DNA of 64,000 nucleotides from an uncultured Bacteroidota bacterium (lineage in GTDB: Bacteria; Bacteroidota; Bacteroidia; Bacteroidales; UBA12481), in the NCBI GenBank assembly GCA_942493265.1, contig OW818688.1, positions 5,151,147 through 5,215,146 on the forward strand, in the 5' to 3' direction. Every line of letters begins with the position of its first letter. Position 1 is the stretch's first letter. Below the pieces are notes generated by a model. That model had not been told where the DNA came from. It saw nothing but the letters and a program-made list of their open reading frames with translations, and made no database searches. This document shows positions 47,103 to 56,526 of the stretch, in pieces. The position numbers and the translations under genes were made by a program.

Positions 47103-47837
47103 TTATTTTTGCTGGCGGCTGTTTTTATCTATGTAGGTATACTTTGTGGTCCAGGTTTCGCGTTCCGTTTCTGGATTGGTATCATAGAACGTTTCATTTC
47201 GAATCAGCTCGTTTTCGGAAATCGTATAACTGAATTTATTCAGAATGTGGTGCTCCTTCGATTCACTAAAGCGGATTAACTTCTTTGATTTTAACGGCAT
47301 CTCGAATAAACCTGAAGCATCCACTACAAAATGCGGTATGATTGAGTCGGTATAGCTCAACTCATATAAAGTTACGTAATCCTTCCCATCAGTCTGATTA
47401 TGATATACTATCGAATCCTTAACCAAATCTGAGCCCTCATACATGAAAAACTCATCCATAGTCACAATAGTGCCAGATAAAGAAATTTCATGATAGATTA
47501 ACTCATTTTGATATTTGAACTCCACGGAATTTAGGTCATATGTCTGCTTGATAATCTGTCCGGTTTCATTCTTGTAATAGGTACCATCCCAGTTTTCGAT
47601 CTTGTCGGAAGTATAATTCACCGAGCTAACTGAATGACTTAAGCCACCATCTGCAAACTTCTCAACTTGCAATAACTCCTTATCACTATTATATGAAAAG
47701 ATGACACTATCAATTTGGGCGCCATCCACTGATAAGACGCGTGCAACCTGGAATGCAATGTTAAGCTCCACCTCGGTCGGTTTTTTCTCACAGGCTACCA
47801 GTGAAAACAGAAGAGCAAAGATTATTAGTCGTTTCAT
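47103..47837 (-). CDS. Hypothetical lipoprotein (start moved from 47972 to ATG 47837)
   Basis: MKRLIIFALLFSLVAC is a lipoprotein signal with a lipobox Cys. I recognise no family. Its stop abuts the GntR start codon (47102/47103), which suggests co-transcription. Confidence 0.6.
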   Translation of the reverse strand: MKRLIIFALLFSLVACEKKPTEVELNIAFQVARVLSVDGAQIDSVIFSYNSDKELLQVEKFADGGLSHSVSSVNYTSDKIENWDGTYYKNETGQIIKQTYDLNSVEFKYQNELIYHEISLSGTIVTMDEFFMYEGSDLVKDSIVYHNQTDGKDYVTLYELSYTDSIIPHFVVDASGLFEMPLKSKKLIRFSESKEHHILNKFSYTISENELIRNETFYDTNPETERETWTTKYTYIDKNSRQQK

Positions 47838-47950
47838 AATGACAACATGTATATACAAGTACGATAATATTTTCTCAAAACTAATCCATTTATCAACAAA
47901 TATAAGTAATTTTGAAAAACATTTTTTCCTGTTAGTGTAACATGTTATAA

Positions 47951-47958
47951 TAAGTTTG
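47951..47958 (+). promoter_or_regulatory. Bacteroidota -7 promoter box (TAnnTTTG) for the E2-E3-E1 operon
   Basis: TAAGTTTG at 47951-47958 lies 22 nt upstream of ATG 47981. A second match, TAATTTTG, is at 47907-47914. The perfect 10-bp palindrome TAACATGTTA (47938-47947) lies between them and is a candidate operator. Confidence 0.4.
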
Positions 47959-47980
47959 AAAAAGTACAACAATATAATAC

Positions 47981-49312
47981 ATGGCTAATCCTGTTATAAT
48001 GCCCCGCCAGGGACAATCTGTGGAAAGCTGCATTATCAGCAGCTGGTTTAAAAAAGAAGGTGATGTAATCAAAAAGGGTGACATACTTTTCAGTTATGAA
48101 ACCGACAAGGCCGCATTTGAATGTGAATCCGAATTTGACGGGGTCCTGTTAAAAAGACTGTATGCTGAAGGGGATGAAGTAATTGTTTTAAAGACAGTTG
48201 CAATCATCGGTAATCCCGGAGAACCGATCAGCCAGTTCGTTGATGGTTCTGCCGAATCCCCGCTGGAAGCAAAAACTGCGGAGCCGGCAAAAACTCCGGT
48301 CGAACCCGCCGGATCTGTAGCGACTCATGCAGAAGCGATTAGCAGAACCGAAGGAGAAAAGATCAGTATATCGCCCCGGGCAAGAAACAAGGCAGAGGGA
48401 TTGGGAATTAATTACGAAGGGATAGCAGGTTCAGGTGCTGAGGGCAGGATTATTGAGCAAGACATCCTCCTGGCTGCAAAATCCGCCGGCCTCGCCACTC
48501 CACTTGCCAAATCAATATCCGCCGAAACCGGGAAATCATTTCCATCGCAGGGAACTGGCATTGGCAGCCGGGTTACAGCCTCCGACCTGCTTTCACCGGC
48601 ATTCCCGGCAGGTGAAGATGTTGAGGTGAGGAAGCTTTCCAATATGAGAAAGATCATTGCCGCAAAAATGAAAGAATCGCTCCAGACCTCCGCGCAGCTT
48701 ACGCACCACACCAGTGCCGATGCACGCCGCCTGCTGGAACTCCGCAAAAAAGCAAAAGAAGCCTTTGAAAAAGGGACTTCGGAAAATATCACCATCAACG
48801 ATATGGTTTGTTTTGCCGTCATCAGGGCACTGAAAAAGCACCCGATGGTGAATTGCCATTTCCAGGGCGACTCCATCAGCATCTTCAAAAAGGTACATCT
48901 CGGATTAGCGGTAGATACCGAACGAGGGCTGATGGTTCCGACCGTGAGAAATGCCGATGACTTATCCATACAAGGACTGGCCTCACAGTTAAAGTCTGTT
49001 GCGAACAGCTGCAAAAAAGGGAACATCAATCCTGAGCTGCTGGCAAGCGAGTCGGCCACCTTCTCGGTTTCAAATCTCGGATCCTATGGGGTTGAGCTCT
49101 TTACGCCTGTCATCAACCTGCCGCAGATAGCCATATTGGGAGTGAACACCATCATCACCCGTCCGGCCGACCTGGGCAACGGGATTTTCGGTTTTGTTCC
49201 CTATATCGGCCTGTCGCTGACTTATGACCACCGCGCGCTCGACGGAGCACCCGCTTCAGCATTCCTGAGAGAAATCCGGCTGGAGATTGAAAATCTTGAT
49301 TTTACTGTTTAA
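47981..49312 (+). CDS. Dihydrolipoamide acyltransferase (E2 of a 2-oxoacid/acetoin-type dehydrogenase complex)
   Basis: 443 aa. It has a lipoyl domain (SYETDKAAFECES), a peripheral-subunit-binding segment (ISISPRARNKAEGLGINYEGIAGSG) and a catalytic domain with DHRALDG. Confidence 0.92.
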   Translation: MANPVIMPRQGQSVESCIISSWFKKEGDVIKKGDILFSYETDKAAFECESEFDGVLLKRLYAEGDEVIVLKTVAIIGNPGEPISQFVDGSAESPLEAKTAEPAKTPVEPAGSVATHAEAISRTEGEKISISPRARNKAEGLGINYEGIAGSGAEGRIIEQDILLAAKSAGLATPLAKSISAETGKSFPSQGTGIGSRVTASDLLSPAFPAGEDVEVRKLSNMRKIIAAKMKESLQTSAQLTHHTSADARRLLELRKKAKEAFEKGTSENITINDMVCFAVIRALKKHPMVNCHFQGDSISIFKKVHLGLAVDTERGLMVPTVRNADDLSIQGLASQLKSVANSCKKGNINPELLASESATFSVSNLGSYGVELFTPVINLPQIAILGVNTIITRPADLGNGIFGFVPYIGLSLTYDHRALDGAPASAFLREIRLEIENLDFTV

Positions 49313-49336
49313 CCTGTCCGATAAAACTATCAGAAT

Positions 49337-50692
49337 ATGTATGACGTAGGTATAATAGGCGGAGGACCAGCCGGATACGTAGCTGCCGAGCGGGCCGGTC
49401 AGAAAGGATTATCTGTCGTTCTCTTTGACAAAAAGAAGCTCGGCGGAGTCTGTCTGAATGAAGGCTGCATCCCCACAAAAACCCTTTTATATTCGGCTAA
49501 ACTGTATGACAATGCCCGTGAAAGCAGTAAATACGGCATTAATTGCAGCGAGGTTACCTATGATTTCGCCAAAATCATGCAGCGAAAAAACAAGGTGGTA
49601 ACAAAACTGGTTGCAGGGATCGGAGCCGCGCTGAAAAAAGGAAATGTTGAGGTAATCTATTCCCATGCTGAAATCGCGGAACGGGCATCCGACCATATCA
49701 AAATCAAGGCTCAGGATAAAATATATGAATGCCGGAATATTCTTCTGGCAACCGGTTCCGAAGCTTTCATCCCTCCGATTAAGGGATTGGTTCGCGAGGA
49801 GATCATGACCAACCGAGAAATTCTGGAGATTGATAAAGTACCTGCGTCACTGATAATAATTGGTGGCGGCGTTATCGGGATGGAATTCGCAAGTTTTTTC
49901 AATAGCATGGGCTGCAAAGTATCTGTAATTGAAATGCTTGATGAGATATTGGGTCCAACCGACCGGGAACTGAGCGTTCTTCTGAAGCAGGAATTCAGCA
50001 AAAAAGGAATTGAGTTCTTTCTGGGATCCAAAGTGGTTGAGATCAAGGGAAAAGAAGTCTTTTTCGAACGAAATGAAAAAACAGAAAGTATAACCGGTGA
50101 ACAGATACTCATCAGCGTTGGCAGGAAGCCGGTTGTTCAGGGGTTAAATCTGGAGGCATTGGGGGTTGAAGTTTTACGCGGCGGAGTAAAAATTGACGAC
50201 CGGTGCCGCACCAATATCCCGAATGTATATGCGGCGGGCGACATAACCGGATTTTCGCTGCTTGCCCACACGGCGAGTCGTGAAGGGGAGGTTGCCATTA
50301 ACAATATATGCGGGATTCCCGACCGGATGCGGTATCAGGCCATTCCGTCCATCGTATACACCAATCCTGAGATAGCCAGTGTGGGATTAACTGAGGAAGA
50401 GGCAAAAGCAAAGAAAATTCCCTATAAAACAAGAACCCTGCCGATGGCATTTGCCGGACGCTTTGTGGTTGAAAATGAGGGAAAAAACGGGATGGTCAAA
50501 ATACTGACCGGGGAAAAATACAATGAGGTGCTGGGCGTTCACATGATCGGAAATCCCAGTTCAGAAATGATATTCGGAGCGGCTATTATGATTGAGATGG
50601 AGATGCGGCTCAGCGATGTGGAACAGATCGTGTTCCCCCATCCTACCGTTTCAGAGATCCTGAAGGAAACCGTTTTCGCGTTTCATGGTTAA
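49337..50692 (+). CDS. lpdA: Dihydrolipoyl dehydrogenase (E3, copy 2)
   Basis: 451 aa. IIGGGPAGY, redox disulfide GGVCLNEGCIPTK, IIGGGVIGMEF and the C-terminal FPHPTVSE motif. Confidence 0.93.
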   Translation: MYDVGIIGGGPAGYVAAERAGQKGLSVVLFDKKKLGGVCLNEGCIPTKTLLYSAKLYDNARESSKYGINCSEVTYDFAKIMQRKNKVVTKLVAGIGAALKKGNVEVIYSHAEIAERASDHIKIKAQDKIYECRNILLATGSEAFIPPIKGLVREEIMTNREILEIDKVPASLIIIGGGVIGMEFASFFNSMGCKVSVIEMLDEILGPTDRELSVLLKQEFSKKGIEFFLGSKVVEIKGKEVFFERNEKTESITGEQILISVGRKPVVQGLNLEALGVEVLRGGVKIDDRCRTNIPNVYAAGDITGFSLLAHTASREGEVAINNICGIPDRMRYQAIPSIVYTNPEIASVGLTEEEAKAKKIPYKTRTLPMAFAGRFVVENEGKNGMVKILTGEKYNEVLGVHMIGNPSSEMIFGAAIMIEMEMRLSDVEQIVFPHPTVSEILKETVFAFHG

Positions 50693-50775
50693 GATTACCA
50701 CGGAGACACGGAGACACAGAGGAACACAGAGAATAATTAGAAAGACAGAGAAAATAAACAATAACAAATATTACA

Positions 50776-53244
50776 ATGCCAAGAATTCAAAATATTGATC
50801 CTGCAAAGGTTAGAAAAACCAGCCAGATTAGTTTTGGCAATATTCCTGTTAATCAATACAGTAAAACCATCAGCCAGGAGAAAAGCAATTATTCGACCGA
50901 GGATTTCGTCAGGATTTACCGCGACATGGTAATCATCAGGGAATTTGAGGTGATGCTGAATAAAATTAAAACCACCAACGAATATTTCGGAATCAAATAC
51001 AACCATCCCGGACCTGCTCACCTTTCCATCGGACAAGAGGCATCGGCTGTTGGGATGGCCTATAACCTGACTATCGAGGATTATATTTTCGGATCGCACC
51101 GGAGTCACGGCGAGATTCTGGCAAAGGGATTATCAGCTGTCCACCAGCTGGATGATGCTGCGCTGATGAATGTAATGAAGAATTTTTTCGGGGGCAGCAC
51201 CCTTAAGGTTGTTGAAACCGGTCATGAGGGAACCGTGAAGGAACTGGGTATAAAGTTCCTTTTATATGGCACACTGGCTGAGATATTTGCACGTGAAAAC
51301 GGATTCAATAAAGGGTTGGGCGGCTCGATGCACGCCTTTTTCACCCCATTCGGTGTGTACCCGAACAATGCCATTGTAGGGGGCTCAGGCGACATATCCG
51401 TTGGTGCAGCCCTATACAAAAGGGTTAACCGGAAATCAGGGATCGTTGTATGCAATATCGGCGATGCCTCCATGGGCTGCGGTCCTGTGTGGGAAGGCAT
51501 CAGCTTTGCTTCCATGGATCAGTTCCGCACTCTCTGGCAGGGAGAATACAAGGGCGGATTGCCTATCCTGTTCAACGTTATGAACAACCAGTACGGAATG
51601 GGCGGACAAACCTGCGGAGAAACCATGGGCTATGATATTCTGGCCCGTATCGGCGCCGGGGTCAATCCTGAAATGATGCATGCCGAAAGGGTTGACGGAT
51701 ATAATCCGCTGGCCGTGATCGATGCATTTAAAAGAAAAAAACAGATACTCGAAGACCGCAAGGGTCCGGTTTTACTGGATACACTTACTTACCGGATCAG
51801 CGGCCATTCCCCGTCAGATGCCTCCTCCTATCGTTCGAAAGAAGAGGTGGAAGCCTGGGAAAAAGCCGATTCAATCGTTGCCTTCCGGGATCAGCTCATC
51901 AGGGCAGATATTGCCACTGCTGAGTTGCTCGACGGCATCAGCGCCAATACCATTGCACAACTGAAACAGACCCTTACCATCACAATCGACGAAAAGGTTT
52001 CACCCTTGCTGAACCTGGTAAAAACACCGGAAACCATCAGCGACATGATGTTCTCCAACCAGTCGGTTGACCGGATGGAAGAAGGAACATGTGAAGCTCT
52101 GATGCCGATGAATGAAAACCCAAGAGTTAAACAGATCAAAACCAAGGAGCGCTTTCATCTCGATAAGGATGGCAAAGCTGTTTCCAAATTAAAGATGTAC
52201 CAATTGCGTGACGGGATTTTCGAGGCTATCATCGACCGGTTCTATAAAGACCCGACACTGGTTGCATACGGCGAAGAAAACCGTGACTGGGGCGGAGCAT
52301 TTGCGGTATATAAAGGTCTGACTGAAGCACTTCCATACAACAGGCTATTCAATTCCCCGATCTCCGAAGGTGCGATTGTGGGTACAGCTGTCGGGTACGG
52401 CATGTGCGGCGGCCGTGCGCTGGTGGAGATCATGTATTGCGACTTCCTCGGCCGGTGCGGCGATGAGGTATTCAACCAGCTGCCCAAATGGCAGGCTATG
52501 AGCGGCAACGTGATCAAGATGCCGGTTGTGGTAAGGGTATCAGTCGGCTCAAAATACGGAGCCCAGCATTCACAGGACTGGTCGGCACTGGTAGCGCATA
52601 TCCCCGGTTTAAAGGTTGTATTTCCGGCCACTCCCTATGATGCAAAAGGATTGATGAATTCAGCGCTGCAGGGGACCGACCCGGTTATCTTTTTTGAGAG
52701 CCAGCGGATTTATGATATCGGTGAGATGTTCCACGAAGGTGGCGTTCCGGAAGGATATTATGAAATTCCGATCGGCGAACCGGATGTTAAACGTACCGGT
52801 GAAGATGTGACCATCCTGACGATCGGGTCCACGCTTTACACAGCGATCAAGGCAGCCGATATCCTGAAAGAAAAATACAATCTTTCAGCAGAGATCATTG
52901 ACGCAAGAAGCTTATCTCCATTCAATTATGAACCGGTAATCGCATCGGTTAAAAAGACCGGGAAAATCATTCTCACCAGTGATGCCTCCACACGCGGATC
53001 CTTCCTCAAGGAGATGGCCCAAACCATTACGGAGCTGGCCTTTGATTACCTGGATGCCCCGCCGGTGGTTGTAGGATCAAGAAACTGGATTGTACCGGCA
53101 TACGAACTCGAAAATTATTTCTTCCCGCAGCCCGAGTGGTTGCTGGATGCCATACATGAGAGGATCATTCCGCTAAAGGGATATACCGTAACCAGCAATG
53201 TGACTCCGAACGAACAGATCAGAAGAAACAAATCAGGAATTTGA
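50776..53244 (+). CDS. Fused E1 alpha-beta subunit of a thiamine-diphosphate-dependent 2-oxoacid (or acetoin) dehydrogenase
   Basis: 822 aa. The N-terminal alpha part carries the TPP motif [14 protein letters not shown]...NVMNNQYG. The C-terminal beta part ([37 protein letters not shown]) continues to a transketolase C-terminal-like end. Confidence 0.9.
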   Translation: MPRIQNIDPAKVRKTSQISFGNIPVNQYSKTISQEKSNYSTEDFVRIYRDMVIIREFEVMLNKIKTTNEYFGIKYNHPGPAHLSIGQEASAVGMAYNLTIEDYIFGSHRSHGEILAKGLSAVHQLDDAALMNVMKNFFGGSTLKVVETGHEGTVKELGIKFLLYGTLAEIFARENGFNKGLGGSMHAFFTPFGVYPNNAIVGGSGDISVGAALYKRVNRKSGIVVCNIGDASMGCGPVWEGISFASMDQFRTLWQGEYKGGLPILFNVMNNQYGMGGQTCGETMGYDILARIGAGVNPEMMHAERVDGYNPLAVIDAFKRKKQILEDRKGPVLLDTLTYRISGHSPSDASSYRSKEEVEAWEKADSIVAFRDQLIRADIATAELLDGISANTIAQLKQTLTITIDEKVSPLLNLVKTPETISDMMFSNQSVDRMEEGTCEALMPMNENPRVKQIKTKERFHLDKDGKAVSKLKMYQLRDGIFEAIIDRFYKDPTLVAYGEENRDWGGAFAVYKGLTEALPYNRLFNSPISEGAIVGTAVGYGMCGGRALVEIMYCDFLGRCGDEVFNQLPKWQAMSGNVIKMPVVVRVSVGSKYGAQHSQDWSALVAHIPGLKVVFPATPYDAKGLMNSALQGTDPVIFFESQRIYDIGEMFHEGGVPEGYYEIPIGEPDVKRTGEDVTILTIGSTLYTAIKAADILKEKYNLSAEIIDARSLSPFNYEPVIASVKKTGKIILTSDASTRGSFLKEMAQTITELAFDYLDAPPVVVGSRNWIVPAYELENYFFPQPEWLLDAIHERIIPLKGYTVTSNVTPNEQIRRNKSGI

Positions 53245-53248
53245 TGAC

Positions 53249-54475
53249 ATGGATAATTTTTTAAAAGATTTCCCGCCAATCGGAGAGTTATTAAGTACAG
53301 CGATCCCGGAAGGACAAATCTTCGAGGTCAACGGGCATATCCATACCCCCTATTCCTTCAGTGCCTTTTCAGGGGTTAACCCCATTTTCGAGATGGCGGT
53401 GAATGAAGATATCAAAATACTGGGTATCAACGATTTCTATACCACCGGAGGATATCTTGAATTCCATGACAATGCCGTGGAGAACTGGGTATTTCCTTTA
53501 TTCAACATCGAGTTCATCGCGCTCGACCGTGATCTGCAGAAGAAAGGAATCCGCGTCAATGATCCGAACAATCCGGGGCGCACGTATTTCAGCGGAAAAG
53601 GTCTGGATTTTCCAGAGAGCCTTGACAGCGAACATATTGCCATCGTGGAGCAGGTAAAAGCCGAAAGCCTCCGGCAGGTTGAAACCATGGTTACCAAAAC
53701 CAATTCAGTTTTGGCGGAGATCAATTCCGATATTCGTCTCGACTACCAGGATATCAGAAAAAACTACGCTCGCGACCTGGTCAGGGAACGGCACATTGCC
53801 AAAGCGCTGAGAATTTCGATTGCAGAAAAGTACCCGGATTTCGCCGAACGGAAATCATTTTTAACCGCGCTTTACGGTGGCAAAGAACCGAAAGCAAATC
53901 CGGAGAGTAATTCATCCGTTGAAATAGAGATCCGGAATAATCTCCTGAAAGCTGGCGGCAGGGCCTTTGTTGAGGAAGATGAGAAAGCATTCCTCAGTGT
54001 GGATGCCGTGATCGATATCATATCCAATGCAGGCGGAATTCCATGCTATCCGGTGCTGCTGGATGATCCGAAAGGCAACATCACCGACTATGAGGCCGAC
54101 CGGGACGCACTGTTTGCGGATCTGTCCGGCAAGAACATTTTCTGCATCGAATTGATTCCAGGCAGAAATGATGCCGGGATACTGGTTGATTTTGTCAGGT
54201 TTTTTCATTCAAAAGGGTTTATCATCCTTTTCGGGACCGAACACAACACCCCCGATATGATACCCCTAACCGTATCAAGCCGTAACCAGGAGCCCCTGAG
54301 CGATGAAATGAAGAAAATCAGTTTCGATGGCGCCTGCATCATTGCGGCACATCAGTATCTGAGGGCACAGGGCCTTGAAAGTCAGGTCATGCAATGGAAC
54401 CATATCAGTAAGGAAGAGCAGAAAAGTATTCTTACTTTAGGACGCGCGGTGGTTTATCATTTTACAAACAATTAG
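53249..54475 (+). CDS. Hypothetical protein, possibly a PHP-like metal-dependent phosphoesterase fold
   Basis: 408 aa. The only hint is an N-terminal NGHIHTPYSFSAF (HxH) followed by ILGINDF, reminiscent of PHP domain motifs I-II. Weak. Confidence 0.35.
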   Translation: MDNFLKDFPPIGELLSTAIPEGQIFEVNGHIHTPYSFSAFSGVNPIFEMAVNEDIKILGINDFYTTGGYLEFHDNAVENWVFPLFNIEFIALDRDLQKKGIRVNDPNNPGRTYFSGKGLDFPESLDSEHIAIVEQVKAESLRQVETMVTKTNSVLAEINSDIRLDYQDIRKNYARDLVRERHIAKALRISIAEKYPDFAERKSFLTALYGGKEPKANPESNSSVEIEIRNNLLKAGGRAFVEEDEKAFLSVDAVIDIISNAGGIPCYPVLLDDPKGNITDYEADRDALFADLSGKNIFCIELIPGRNDAGILVDFVRFFHSKGFIILFGTEHNTPDMIPLTVSSRNQEPLSDEMKKISFDGACIIAAHQYLRAQGLESQVMQWNHISKEEQKSILTLGRAVVYHFTNN

Positions 54476-54480
54476 CAGTT

Positions 54481-56451
54481 ATGGAAAAGGCACTGGCAGA
54501 TCTTCTCGAAATATCACACTTGTATGGCAATAACAATGAGTTTGTGATAGGTGGCGGGGGCAACACATCCTGGAAGGATGATGATTTCCTGTATGTAAAG
54601 GCCAGTGGCACCCGGCTGGGCAAGCTCACCGGTGACCAGCTGAACAAGCTCGACCGCCGAAAGCTCGATCAGATGTTGTCGGGATCATTTCCTGAAAATG
54701 TATTCCAGCGCGACCAGCTGATTATTGAAGGAATGATGAACAGTTGCATTGATAACGTGCACAACCTCAGGCCTTCAGTAGAAACGCCGCTTCACCACCT
54801 GATTCAATACAAGTACGTGATTCATACCCATCCCACCCGGATCAATGCGCTTTTGTGCAGCCGGAACAGTGGTGAGCTGGTTAAAAAACTATTTCCGGAA
54901 GAGGTTCTGTATGTTGAATATATCGATCCGGGTTATATCCTGTTCAGAAAGCTTGAATCGGAAATTTCAGCATACCGCGAAAAATTCGGCAAAGATCCCG
55001 GGATCATACTGGTGCAGAATCACGGTGCATTTATCAGTGCCGACACCTGCGATGGGATCAAACAATTGTATGATTACTGCCTGAATACGGTCAATAGTGC
55101 AAATCAGTATACTATTGACAATGAGCCGATACCGGTTGACGAGAAAGCTGTTGAAGTTCTGCCCGCCATACGGATGCTTTTATCCGGACAGGAAATTAAA
55201 ATAATGAAAGTCAGGCAGAACAAGCTGATCCGGCATTTCACAGTCGACCAGGCCAATGCCACGCTGGTTTCCCTGCCGTTTACTCCTGACAATATTGTAT
55301 ACTGCAAAGCCCGACCGCTTTATGTGGAATGCGGGGGAAGTCCGGCGGAAATCATAGAAGAATTTTCCGAAAAACTCCGAAAATACCAGTCCGATTTTGG
55401 CAGCACTCCGAAGATCATCCTGATCAACGGCATCGGAATGATTGCGGCAGATGAAAGCATCAAGATGGTGGATATCCTGCTTGATGTTTTCGAGGATCTT
55501 ATGAAGATCAGTTATCTCAGTCAGGCGTTCGGCGGTCCGAATTTCCTGTCGCAGGAACAGATATCCTTTATTGAGAACTGGGAATCCGAAAATTACCGGC
55601 ATAATATGTCGCGCGGTGCGGCTACCGGAAAAGTGATGAATAAAATCATCATTGTAACGGGTGCGGCCCAGGGATTTGGCGGAGGAATTGCAGAAGATCT
55701 TTTCGCACAGGGGGCGAATGTCATCATTGCCGACCTGAATGAAGAGAAAGGGACAGCGATGGCGGAACAGCTAAATTCCGGCGCCAGAAATAACCGGGCA
55801 CTCTTTATAAAAACCGACGTTGCCGATGCGCAATCGGTGAAAAGCCTGATATCCAAAACTGCTGAAAGCTTTGGTGGCTTGGATGTTATGATCAGCAATG
55901 CAGGAATTCTGCATGCCGGCGGATTGGATGAGATGAGTCCGGAGATCTTTGAGCTGATGACGAAAGTGAACTATACCGGCTATTTTCTCTGTGCAAAATA
56001 TGCTTCGGCGGTATTGAAATTACAATCGAAATACCGGAAGGGGTACTTTACCGATATCATCCAGATCAATTCAAAATCAGGATTAAGGGGCAGTAAAAAG
56101 AACTTTACCTATGCCGGAGGAAAATTTGGCGGCGTGGGTTTGACCCAGTCTTTTGCCCTGGAATTAATTGAATATCAGATTAAAGTCAACTCGATTTGTC
56201 CGGGTAACTTTTTCGACGGACCGCTATGGTCGGATCCCGACAGGGGCCTGTTTGTGCAATATCTGCGTTCGGGCAAGGTTCCCGGCGCCCAAAACCTCGA
56301 TGATGTGAAGCGGTTTTATGAGAATCAGGTACCGGCAGGTAGGGGTTGCATGGTGGAAGATGTTATGAAGGCCATCTATTATGTTATTGACCAGGAATAT
56401 GAGACTGGGCAGGCCATTCCGGTAACTGGCGGGCAGGTGATGCTGAGTTAG
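54481..56451 (+). CDS. Bifunctional class II aldolase/adducin-domain + short-chain dehydrogenase (RhaD/RhaEW-like fusion)
   Basis: 656 aa. The N-terminal ~390 aa carries class II aldolase His motifs (ETPLHHLI, VIHTHPT). The C-terminal SDR carries TGAAQGFGGGIA (TGxxxGxG) and the catalytic NSKSG...YAGGK. Confidence 0.85.
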   Translation: MEKALADLLEISHLYGNNNEFVIGGGGNTSWKDDDFLYVKASGTRLGKLTGDQLNKLDRRKLDQMLSGSFPENVFQRDQLIIEGMMNSCIDNVHNLRPSVETPLHHLIQYKYVIHTHPTRINALLCSRNSGELVKKLFPEEVLYVEYIDPGYILFRKLESEISAYREKFGKDPGIILVQNHGAFISADTCDGIKQLYDYCLNTVNSANQYTIDNEPIPVDEKAVEVLPAIRMLLSGQEIKIMKVRQNKLIRHFTVDQANATLVSLPFTPDNIVYCKARPLYVECGGSPAEIIEEFSEKLRKYQSDFGSTPKIILINGIGMIAADESIKMVDILLDVFEDLMKISYLSQAFGGPNFLSQEQISFIENWESENYRHNMSRGAATGKVMNKIIIVTGAAQGFGGGIAEDLFAQGANVIIADLNEEKGTAMAEQLNSGARNNRALFIKTDVADAQSVKSLISKTAESFGGLDVMISNAGILHAGGLDEMSPEIFELMTKVNYTGYFLCAKYASAVLKLQSKYRKGYFTDIIQINSKSGLRGSKKNFTYAGGKFGGVGLTQSFALELIEYQIKVNSICPGNFFDGPLWSDPDRGLFVQYLRSGKVPGAQNLDDVKRFYENQVPAGRGCMVEDVMKAIYYVIDQEYETGQAIPVTGGQVMLS

Positions 56452-56526
56452 GGGGGGGCCGGCTGAAGAATAAAGAGGCACGCGGATTTACGCGGGTGCT
56501 GCGCAACGCGGATTGGCGCGGATTTT

